DNA of 16,868 nt from Armatimonadota bacterium (GTDB taxonomy: Bacteria; Armatimonadota; Hebobacteria; CAIYQO01): positions 1 through 16,868 of the forward strand of contig JBBRXO010000060.1 of assembly GCA_038248345.1 (NCBI GenBank). Reading direction: 5' to 3'. This document shows, one piece after another, positions 1 through 7,725 of the stretch; positions within the stretch are counted from its first letter, which is position 1, and every line of letters begins with the position of its first letter. Both the position numbers and the translations under genes were made by a program. The notes beneath the pieces are model-generated. The model saw nothing but the letters and a program-made list of their open reading frames with translations, had not been told where the DNA came from and did no database searches.

Positions 1-2
1 AG

Positions 3-254
3 TTTTTGCTTGGTATGGTACATCGGTCGGCAGCAGCGCAACTGATCTTCACCACGCATGATGCTACGCTACTGGATGCTGATATATTCCGCCGTGATCA
101 GGTGTGGTTCATCGAAAAAGATAGATCAGGGGCTTCCATGATCAGTTCGCTGTGGGATTACAAAGTCCGCAAAGAGGAAAACTTCCGGCTCGGGTATCTG
201 AAAGGACGTTACGGCGCTATCCCCTTTATAGGAGAGTGCGATTTTGGCAAATAA
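3..254 (+). CDS. C-terminal fragment of an AAA_21/ABC-type ATPase (RloA/AbiLi-like); 5' end lies outside the window
   Basis: QLIFTTHD (H-loop), RRDQVWFIEKD and YLKGRYGAIP motifs. 38/65 residues identical by hand alignment to the C-terminus of the ATPase at 13066-14424. Overlaps the downstream rloB start. Confidence 0.9.
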   Translation, partial: FLLGMVHRSAAAQLIFTTHDATLLDADIFRRDQVWFIEKDRSGASMISSLWDYKVRKEENFRLGYLKGRYGAIPFIGECDFGK

Positions 255-870
255 TCGTGGCTTACGTAGTGACAAATCATTCCAGCGGCGCGGCAGGCCG
301 GATCGTCAGCCGCGCCAGCGTATCCTGATTGTCTGTGAAGGGGAAAAGACGGAGCCAATCTACTTCAAAGAACTGCACCGCAGCAAGCGGGTACCAGCCG
401 AAGTGGAGATATGCGGAGATGAGTGCGGTTCGCATCCCAAAAACGTAGTTGAATTTGCCGTAAAAAAGATCAGCAGAGCGACCCGGGATAAATTGCCTTA
501 CGACAAGGTGTGGTGTGTTTATGATAGAGATGAGCATCAAAAAATAGAGGATGCGCATGTAAAGGCTCGAGCAAATAGCATTGAAGTAGCGTTTTCCAAT
601 CCCTGTTTCGAGTTGTGGTATTTGCTCCATTTCAAATATCATACTGCGCACATTGAACGCGGAGAAGTGATAAATGAACTGCTGACCCACATCCCTAAAT
701 ATGAGAAAGGACTGAAGATGTTCGGCGTCTTGCCGGAGAGTCGCGTTGCGCTGGAACATGCGGAGAGATTACGCGAAAGGCATGGGAATAGCTTTCGACC
801 AGTTGACTCCAACCCTTCCACCACCGTCGATCTGATGGTGAAGGCGTTGTCTGAGATGGCTGGCGAATAA
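244..870 (+). CDS. rloB: RloB family protein (TOPRIM-like, AbiLii-like), 208 aa
   Basis: LIVCEGEKTEPIYF, VWCVYDRD, AFSNPCFELWYLLHF and NPSTTV motifs typical of RloB. TTG start after AGGAGA, overlapping the ATPase stop. Confidence 0.9.
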   Translation: MANNRGLRSDKSFQRRGRPDRQPRQRILIVCEGEKTEPIYFKELHRSKRVPAEVEICGDECGSHPKNVVEFAVKKISRATRDKLPYDKVWCVYDRDEHQKIEDAHVKARANSIEVAFSNPCFELWYLLHFKYHTAHIERGEVINELLTHIPKYEKGLKMFGVLPESRVALEHAERLRERHGNSFRPVDSNPSTTVDLMVKALSEMAGE

Positions 871-877
871 ACATAGC

Positions 878-918
878 GGGGTGGTGATCTATCAATATCG
901 ATTTCTCACCCCCCCTTT
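878..918. terminator. Imperfect hairpin between convergent genes, possible terminator
   Basis: GGGGTG (878-883) ... CACCCC (907-912) with imperfect inner pairing, between the rloB stop and the stop of the beta-propeller gene. Confidence 0.3.
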
Positions 919-939
919 CACGTCTCCACCAGTAGGAAA

Positions 940-2154
940 CTACTTCCCGATGCAGGTCATCCCTGTCAGGCTTCGCACGTACATTCGCTCACCGGCAAAG
1001 ATTGGGTTGCTGCGGAAGGTGCCGTCAATTGGATTGCGGGCTATCTCCGCGTACTCTTTGGCTGGATCAAGTACCAGCACGGTACTGCCACTGCTCACGT
1101 AGACGTATTTGCCGGCACTCACCGGAGAAGGATAGTATGTTCCGCCGCCCATGTTCGGCAGTTTTGCCGGCCATTTATTCAGGCTCACACCGGTCTTTGC
1201 GTTGATGGCGGAGAGCATCCCCACCTGATTTACCACATAGATATTGCCATCATAAAATAGTGGTGACGCGTAGTAACGTTGTTTAGGGACGGTACAATCC
1301 CAGAGTTTATTCACAATCACCGCATCATTCTCCACTTTAGCAGGCAATTGCCAGGCGCTGATCATGTCAGTCTCGGTTCCACTTTTCATGGCGTATATTA
1401 CCCCATCGTGGACTATCGGTGCGCTATGCTCGGGTGCGCAAAGCCCAGTCGCCAGCGCAATGCCGTCGGAGATGCGGATGATCTCGCCATTGGTGGTGAC
1501 TAATACCGATACGTCACCGATCTTTGTCAGCACCGGGGAACCCCAATGCGGGGCGCTCTTCGCCTGCCAAAGTTGAGTCCCGGTCAGCGGGTCATAGGCA
1601 ACAATGTCGCCATAGGCAATAATCAACTTACCATCAGCCAACACCGGGGAAGCATCGAAACCCCATGCGGAGGGAGTGGGCACGCGTAGCTGTTTAGTCC
1701 AGACGCGCACACCATCTATGGTGAAGCAGGTGGCGACGCCGCTGGCGAAGAGCGCCCAGACATGTACACCATCGCTTACCGGCGTCTGGGTAGAGCCACC
1801 CATCTCGGGGTGCGGGTCACGACTTTTAATAAACTGCTCGCCTGGTGTATTTATATCGGTCGGGCTATTAGTCTTTTGCCAGATGATCTTGCCGTCCGCT
1901 GCACCCAGGCAAAGCAAACTGTTCGGTTCCGCGCAGACAAAGAGCTTATCGCCCACCAGTATCGGTGAGGAATTGCTCCATTGCGCAATGGGGGTAGACC
2001 AGACGACGTTCTTATCTTTCGCCCATTCCGTCGGGGGGGTCGCCGCCGGATATTCACCGGTGCCATCACCACGCCACCCGCGCGGCTCGCCCGCCCAACT
2101 AAGCATAGCGGTCAGTAATAATGCAGCCGCCAGCATAACTCGAATTATTTTCAT
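940..2154 (-). CDS. Secreted PQQ-binding-like beta-propeller repeat protein (BamB-like family), ~404 aa
   Basis: Start re-called at MKIIRVMLAAALLLTAMLSWA (signal peptide; GGAGG upstream). WRGDGTG, SSPIL, GKIIW, ASPVLADGKL and YASPL propeller repeats. Confidence 0.85.
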   Translation of the reverse strand: MKIIRVMLAAALLLTAMLSWAGEPRGWRGDGTGEYPAATPPTEWAKDKNVVWSTPIAQWSNSSPILVGDKLFVCAEPNSLLCLGAADGKIIWQKTNSPTDINTPGEQFIKSRDPHPEMGGSTQTPVSDGVHVWALFASGVATCFTIDGVRVWTKQLRVPTPSAWGFDASPVLADGKLIIAYGDIVAYDPLTGTQLWQAKSAPHWGSPVLTKIGDVSVLVTTNGEIIRISDGIALATGLCAPEHSAPIVHDGVIYAMKSGTETDMISAWQLPAKVENDAVIVNKLWDCTVPKQRYYASPLFYDGNIYVVNQVGMLSAINAKTGVSLNKWPAKLPNMGGGTYYPSPVSAGKYVYVSSGSTVLVLDPAKEYAEIARNPIDGTFRSNPIFAGERMYVRSLTGMTCIGK

Positions 2155-2298
2155 ACAACCCTCCAGCAAGATATGATGCGAATAAAGCACCAAAATAGTC
2201 GCAGAAACATCCACGCACCCACTCACATGCCCGGTACTATAATACCTTGTTTGGGGAGAAGAGACTACTCACGGTAGCAGGTACTATTTTACCGATAT

Positions 2299-3737
2299 TC
2301 AATTAGCGTTTGTAGGGTTTCCTGCCGGGGTGGGTTGGTCAATGGCTTGGAGGAAATCGGTGCGGACCATCCTGATTAATGACGTCTCAACGGGTGTAAA
2401 CTCGACGGTGTTATTATGTGAGAAAATGAGTTTATCGCTACGTAACGCATTAACTTATTGAGACATCAATATTGGCTGCACTATGCCTGCCAAAATTATA
2501 ACCACAAAAGCGTATATCGGCGTAAGAGAGCGCGATACTGTGCCGTGGTATTGCCCGTGTGTTCTATCTATCTTCATATAAAGCCATGCGAATGCAAACA
2601 GGGTTATGGCGAGGAATATAACAATTGCTATTGTTAGATACTCATATTCATCAATTCTATAAAAAATGACGATACTGCACCAAATCACAAGGGCTACTAC
2701 AAGAAGAAGGAAGATTTGCCATGTCCATTTTGCCCGATCTTTTCTAGTGGGCATGGGAATTGCCAACGCGGCACATCTCTTCCTGATTTCTCGCAACGCT
2801 AGTGTGGCGGGTACGAAGATTAGCCAGAGCACGAGGATAATGTACTCACCCGCAAGACGTGGGAACAGGTACGAAAGGCCATATTCTCTACCGCTGAAAG
2901 GCAGCTGAATGTATATTGCGTAGATAGTCAACGGGGCGATAACTCCATAGCCGATGATGCGCAGCAATGCAATTGCGGTAGGCAGTATCGTTATTGGCAG
3001 AGGAAGCGTTCGCTTTTTCTGATCGAAAAGTAGGAACAATGCTCGCAACCCACCGAAGAGCATAATTATCAGGATGGTAGCTACCAATACATTCGTCGTC
3101 AATTCTGAAACGACTGCTTGCTCATGCTGACGAGAAGGAGCAAAATCTGCGATTGTGGGCGTATTATTATATATAACAACCCCAATAGGCATCACACCAT
3201 TAGCAATAAGACTACTATACTTGGTTATCGCTTGTTGTTTTTGCAGCTTGGATTTTTTTAAAGACTCATCTTTGGTATACTTTTTAATGTTTTTGATGTT
3301 GTTCTCATCGGCAAATCCCTTTTTATTGCTTGATAAACTCGGTATAAGCGGAAACATATAGGTTTGCTCATAAGTATGTTCTGGGTCTGAAATTACTCTT
3401 ATTCCGCTTAATGCCGCCACCCGCCCATACCCCAAAACCACCGCCAAAATCACCGCCAGCGTCGGTAGCACGGCGCGTAGGGTGAAGCGGGCGTAGGCGC
3501 GCAGGGTCATGCGGCGTTTGTTGGCGGTCTCCAGCTCGGTGGCGATCTCGGCGGGGGGCCGAAGGCGGTTATTGCTCCGGCCACGCTCTCCTCGTCGGTT
3601 ACACCCTCCGCTTGCAATGATTCCGCCGTCTCCTGCAGGTGGGCGCGCAGCTCCTGGCGCACGTCCAGCCGCAACTCCGGGTCGTCATGCAGCCCCTCGG
3701 TCACATCATCCGTCAATTTTTCGATGCGCTCGTCCAT
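2299..3737 (-). pseudogene. PadR-associated multi-pass membrane protein with N-terminal permease-prefix/HAAS-like domain; split into ORFs 3507-3737 and 2455-3510 plus a read-through tail to 2299
   Basis: N-terminal ELRLDVRQELRAHLQE...AITAFG motif. Adding one C to the C6 run (G6 at 3553-3558 on +) gives FGPPAEIATELETANKRRMTLRAY, joining both ORFs. After TAA at 2455-2457 the frame stays open for 51 codons to TGA at 2299-2301. Several hydrophobic segments. Confidence 0.75.
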
Positions 3738-3758
3738 GGTCGTCTCCCTTCGGCTAGG

Positions 3759-4097
3759 TTACGCGGTGGCTTGGTCTGGCTGCAGCATCAGTGTGTTCAT
3801 GGCACTGCTGAAGGCCGTCCACTCCGCCGCTTTCTCCCCGGCCAGCGCGCGGCCCTTGTGGGTGAGCAGGTAGTATTTGCGTGCCTTGCCTGCGTCGCCG
3901 TCGCGCCACTCGCCGCTGATGACGCCCGCGCCCTCCAGCCGGTGCAGGCAGGGGTAGAGGGTGCCTTCCTTCCAGGCGAAGGCGTTGTCGGTACGCTCAT
4001 TTACCTGCTTGATGATCTCGTACCCGTACATGGCGCGCTCGTTGAGCAGCTTGAGGATGATAGTCTCCGTGGCCCCGCGCATCAATTCACTATTCAT
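3759..4097 (-). CDS. PadR family transcriptional regulator, 112 aa
   Basis: ELMRG, MYGYEIIK, KEGTLYPCLHRLE and RKYYLLT-KGR winged-helix motifs; strong RBS GGGGAGG. Confidence 0.95.
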   Translation of the reverse strand: MNSELMRGATETIILKLLNERAMYGYEIIKQVNERTDNAFAWKEGTLYPCLHRLEGAGVISGEWRDGDAGKARKYYLLTHKGRALAGEKAAEWTAFSSAMNTLMLQPDQATA

Positions 4098-4116
4098 GAT
4101 AACCTCCCCTAGCCTA

Positions 4117-4167
4117 TACCTCGATGGGCTATGTATAGATGTTACCTCGTGTTGCTAGGTATGTCAA
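4117..4167 (-). promoter_or_regulatory. Sigma70 promoter of the padR operon with two tandem pseudo-palindromic operators
   Basis: Minus strand TTGACA (4167-4162) - 17 nt - TAACAT (4144-4139). TACCTCG-N5-CTA(T/G)GTA occurs at 4117-4135 and 4143-4161. Confidence 0.8.
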
Positions 4168-4243
4168 GGGGGGGGGCACTTCTAAGTTGACCGGGGCGTC
4201 GTTGAGTCATTTATCTGCAAATATTTCACCACGAAGTGGGGCA

Positions 4244-4340
4244 GGGCAATGCGGAGATTGGCGTTCCCAGGAGTTGTAGGCCGCGCCCGCCGTGGCGCGT
4301 ATTTTCTAACAATTGCGCGCCACGGCATGCGCGGGCTACA
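4244..4340. repeat. REP cluster: CTGGG-type half element plus GTAG-type REP doublet
   Basis: GTAGGCCGCGCCCGCCGTGGCGCG ... CGCGCCACGGCATGCGCGGGCTAC inverted arms (4276-4339). 4275-4304 matches 16678-16707 at 29/30. 4244-4270 reverse-complements to CTGGGAACGCCAATCTCCGCATTGCCC. Confidence 0.8.
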
Positions 4341-4383
4341 GAGGGACGGGGGTTATCCATTACCACCCATCTCGCGACAACTA

Positions 4384-4412
4384 TTGACTTTGTGGGGCCA
4401 GACAGCTATAAT
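4384..4412 (+). promoter_or_regulatory. Sigma70 promoter of tRNA-Glu
   Basis: TTGACT (4384-4389) - 17 nt - TATAAT (4407-4412). Confidence 0.85.
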
Positions 4413-4439
4413 AAATTTCGTCGTAAAGCGACGTGTCAT

Positions 4440-4516
4440 GGCCTCATCGTCTAGTGGCCTAGGACGCCTGGTTCTCAGCCAGGAGATCAGGGGTTCGAAT
4501 CCCCTTGGGGCGACCA
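4440..4516 (+). tRNA. tRNA-Glu (anticodon CUC)
   Basis: Cloverleaf: D arm GTCT/GGAC; anticodon stem CCTGG/CCAGG with loop TTCTCAG (CTC at 4474-4476); T arm AGGGG-TTCGAAT-CCCCT; encoded CCA. Confidence 0.95.
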
Positions 4517-4520
4517 TTTT

Positions 4521-4551
4521 AAACCGCCGGTGAGAGCTCTCCGGCGGTTTT
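4521..4551 (+). terminator. Intrinsic terminator after tRNA-Glu
   Basis: AAACCGCCGG-N10-CCGGCGGTTTT hairpin with T tail. Confidence 0.8.
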
Positions 4552-4634
4552 GTAGTTGGTGCTTTACATTCCGCCAATATGTGGTATCATATAACCGCAA
4601 TTAACATATACATCAGTAGTGAAAAGGAGTTCCC

Positions 4635-5330
4635 ATGCGTATCATCATGCCTATAGCTGCACTTGCAGTGCTGTTTGTCCTCCCCGCCGTTATTGGCTGC
4701 GGGCCGAAGGCGGAGCCTGCTACTACCCCGACGCCAATAGGGCAACGGGCACAACCGACTGCAACTAACAAAACAGCCCCGGCGCCAAACAATCAAATGG
4801 TAACCACTTACAGCGCGCCTGCGCCGACTTCTGCACCGCCACCGGCTCCGACAAACAATGCCAACATGATGACCAACGATGGGATGCGCCGGATAACCTC
4901 AAAAAATGGGTATTACCTGGATATACCTGCGAGTTGGGTCGAAGAAAAAATCAATGTTCCTAACGCCGACTTGGCTTTTGCTTATCCTGCAGCACAAGAT
5001 TATCATGGTATTATTGCTGATTGCGTGACTTTTTATGCGGTACTTCTCCGAGAGCTAACGCTTGATGAGTGCCTGGACGCCGCGCAGAAGGGTGTGAAGG
5101 AAAAGTCAAAATTTTCGTTAGTCAGTATTTCGGACATAAACGGCGAAATCCCCATGAAGAAAATGATATACACTGCAGAAGTTGAAAAAGATTTGGATGG
5201 GAAAGTAGCACTCTACCTAATGGTGAAGGGACTGAATATGTACATGATTATGTGCACGGGAGACCCGCAGATGTTCAACCAACTCGAACCCAGATTTGAT
5301 ACCATAGCACGTTCCTTTCGTCTTCAGTAG
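4635..5330 (+). CDS. Lipoprotein with Pro/Thr-rich linker and a probable PsbP/DcrB-like C-terminal domain, 231 aa
   Basis: Lipobox-like AVIG-C; P/T/A-rich linker; GYYLDIPASW ... FDTIARSFRL pattern typical of the Mog1p/PsbP fold; RBS AAGGAG. Confidence 0.7.
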   Translation: MRIIMPIAALAVLFVLPAVIGCGPKAEPATTPTPIGQRAQPTATNKTAPAPNNQMVTTYSAPAPTSAPPPAPTNNANMMTNDGMRRITSKNGYYLDIPASWVEEKINVPNADLAFAYPAAQDYHGIIADCVTFYAVLLRELTLDECLDAAQKGVKEKSKFSLVSISDINGEIPMKKMIYTAEVEKDLDGKVALYLMVKGLNMYMIMCTGDPQMFNQLEPRFDTIARSFRLQ

Positions 5331-5376
5331 GGCTTATCGTGGCATGGGCGAGACGCCTATGCCACGATAAACCTAC
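5327..5376. repeat. GTAG-terminated REP-like hairpin between convergent genes; probable bidirectional terminator
   Basis: 17-bp stem TTATCGTGGCATGGGCG / CGCCTATGCCACGATAA (one G-T pair), loop AGA, bounded by GTAGG...CCTAC. Similar to 16590-16612. Confidence 0.75.
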
Positions 5377-5380
5377 AGAC

Positions 5381-7471
5381 CTACTCCATCACCACCACAA
5401 CCGAGCGGGGTGGGATGGTTACGGTATCGCCGGTTGGTTGCGTTTCGGGGGCTTCGGGGGTAACCAGTTGCAGCGGCCCGCGAGTGCCGCCCGCGAAGGC
5501 CAGGGTGGCGCTGATTGTACGTTCGGCATCGGTGTTGGCAATTACCAGCGCCCGTTTGCCGCCGTCGGACTGGTGATAGGCGGTGTAGTCCGCATACGGC
5601 TGGCCCGCCACCGTCACGCTCGCGCCCACGGTATCCGCATACTCGGCATCCCACAGGTATGCGCGGTAGCGTGTGCGTAACGCGTCGATGAGCTTGCCAT
5701 AGGCGAGGGTACGCGGAAAATCGGCCAATCGCCCGTGAAAATTGAACGGCTCGTAGCTGATAATATACCGGTGTTGCAGGCACTTATTCAGCTGATTGCG
5801 GTCATCGAATCCGGTCACGGCAATCATCATCGGCAGGTAGGGGTCCATATAGCGTAGTAGATGGACGGTATCCGCGGTGATGCGATAATAAGCCAGGTGG
5901 TAACGCAGGTTTTCCACATCGTAACAGGCCTCGCCCGCGTAGAGAAATTCCGCATCCCGTGGCTGGCTGGTCTGCAGGAAGCGCTCGCAAAGCGGGATGT
6001 CGCCGCCATGGACGAAGGCAGGCACGTGATGGCCGTGGGTGGGGTCGAAACAGTATTTCGCCGGTGCATGGTGCTGACATTCATCGAAAAGCATACCTGC
6101 CGCACCGAGATCGAGCAATTTGGTGAACTCCGCCGCCGCTACCTCGCGCCATTCAGCGGATAAATGACACATCGGCGAGAAGCGGCGCGTGTTGATATCG
6201 GCCAGCTGCTCGTAGGACTGGTACAGATATCCGCCATAGATATGCGCATCGCCGTAGGGGTCTTTGGTGGCATATTGGTGCCCAACGGTGCGGTACCACG
6301 GCTGGCTGCGGTCACCCCAGGTGAACTTGCTGAAGAGGATAATCTTCACTCCCAACGCCTGCACCGTGGCAATCGCCTCCTGCAGCTTCGCCCAGCTTCC
6401 CAGTCGCGGATCAGTATCGTGCGACGGATTGCCGCGATCCTGCCCGCCGTCGTTCCAGCCCACCACCTGGATGGCTTCTACTCCGTGGGCGGCACATTCT
6501 TTGCCGATCTCAATCAGCTCAGCATAGTTGTAGCGCAGACTATCCTCGGCGCAATTCAGCTGCACCTGTTGCCAGGCATGGGGTGCCGTCACCCAAGCGG
6601 GCGTAGGCGGGCGGGTGAACCAGCTGGTTCGCCAGCTCCGGTACTTGTCCACCCCCTTATGCCAGCTACCCTGGTAAGGTTGGATGACGATGGGCACCAG
6701 TGTGTATGATTCGTCGGGATTGACGTAGGTGAAGTGTGCAATAAACAGCTCCAGTGCTACAGTATGCCCATCGATCTTATCATCCGTGGGCAGCAGCTCG
6801 GTGTTGCTGTCCGCATACCCAGGGCGAAAGCGGAAGGAATAATTGACCATCTCGCGCATGGTGTGATCATGCGCGCCGATATAAAACCCCTGCGCAACCT
6901 GTGCCAGCAGTATATACTGTGCCTCGGTGGTATACGCTTCGTTGTTGCCTAGATAATCGTAACCATAGTAGCCATGATTGTTAGCGATCTTTGGGTAGAG
7001 CGGTGTCTTTCGCATACTGCAGTAGGCCAAAGAGATCCGCTCGAGTTTTTCTGCTGGCGCAGAGGGGGCAATATCGCCCAGGCAGGGGAAGCAGACAACC
7101 GAGGCGGTTAATTCGGAGCGGTTCTCCAACTCTCCGGTGAAGGTCAGCCCGTCAGCGCCGAGGGTGACCGTCATTACGAATTTGATATCGTGGGTTCCAC
7201 CATACTCACTCGTCAGTTTATCCCAGCAGAAAGTGAGGCTGTTGGCAGAAAATGTGTACTCAGTCAGAGTCTGGCGCGTGCCGTAGATATAATTCAAATG
7301 GCGCTCCGGCAGCGGCAGCTCCATCTGAAATGACAGCCCCAGCTCCGGGCGGCGCAACAGTTCCCAGCCGGTCGCTTTATTCACCAGGCGAACCATTGCC
7401 CCGTTCGTCCGGTCAAACTGTGCCCGCAGCACGTCATTTTCCAGGGAAAGATATTCGATTTCAGTTGTCAT
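5381..7471 (-). CDS. DUF6259-like putative glycoside hydrolase (TIM-barrel), 696 aa
   Basis: N-terminal beta-rich domain; GSWHKGVDKYRSW, QVVGWNDGGQDRGNPSHDTDPRLG and GAAGMLFDE motifs; RBS AGGAGA; no signal peptide seen. Confidence 0.7.
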   Translation of the reverse strand: MTTEIEYLSLENDVLRAQFDRTNGAMVRLVNKATGWELLRRPELGLSFQMELPLPERHLNYIYGTRQTLTEYTFSANSLTFCWDKLTSEYGGTHDIKFVMTVTLGADGLTFTGELENRSELTASVVCFPCLGDIAPSAPAEKLERISLAYCSMRKTPLYPKIANNHGYYGYDYLGNNEAYTTEAQYILLAQVAQGFYIGAHDHTMREMVNYSFRFRPGYADSNTELLPTDDKIDGHTVALELFIAHFTYVNPDESYTLVPIVIQPYQGSWHKGVDKYRSWRTSWFTRPPTPAWVTAPHAWQQVQLNCAEDSLRYNYAELIEIGKECAAHGVEAIQVVGWNDGGQDRGNPSHDTDPRLGSWAKLQEAIATVQALGVKIILFSKFTWGDRSQPWYRTVGHQYATKDPYGDAHIYGGYLYQSYEQLADINTRRFSPMCHLSAEWREVAAAEFTKLLDLGAAGMLFDECQHHAPAKYCFDPTHGHHVPAFVHGGDIPLCERFLQTSQPRDAEFLYAGEACYDVENLRYHLAYYRITADTVHLLRYMDPYLPMMIAVTGFDDRNQLNKCLQHRYIISYEPFNFHGRLADFPRTLAYGKLIDALRTRYRAYLWDAEYADTVGASVTVAGQPYADYTAYHQSDGGKRALVIANTDAERTISATLAFAGGTRGPLQLVTPEAPETQPTGDTVTIPPRSVVVVME

Positions 7472-7509
7472 AGGATTCTCCTAATATTGGCTATGCCCAC
7501 AACCAAATT

Positions 7510-7598
7510 GTAGGGGCACAAGGCTTGTGCCCACGTCTTTACCTTCAATTGGTAATGTCTCCGATAACTCGTTAAGAGGACATGCCATGTGCCCCTAC
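7510..7598. repeat. REPIN-like doublet (copy A), 89 bp
   Basis: GTAGGGGCACAAGGCTTGTGCCC ... ACATGCCATGTGCCCCTAC: two inverted GTAG-type REP palindromes with a spacer. Confidence 0.85.
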
Positions 7599-7725
7599 AA
7601 AAATCCCAGCGTAAAAAAGTTTTTGCAATTACCCGCTTATATTATTCCAATAGTTGGTGATTTTGCAACAGTTTGGTATAGTATCGTCTATATAGCAAGC
7701 TTAAATCAATATAGAAGTAGTAAAA

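Noticed and set aside
4490..4516. tRNA-Glu 3' end as an integration (att) site for a genomic island
   Set aside because: No integrase gene and no second copy of the tRNA 3' end was seen in the window; the tRNA is followed directly by its own terminator.
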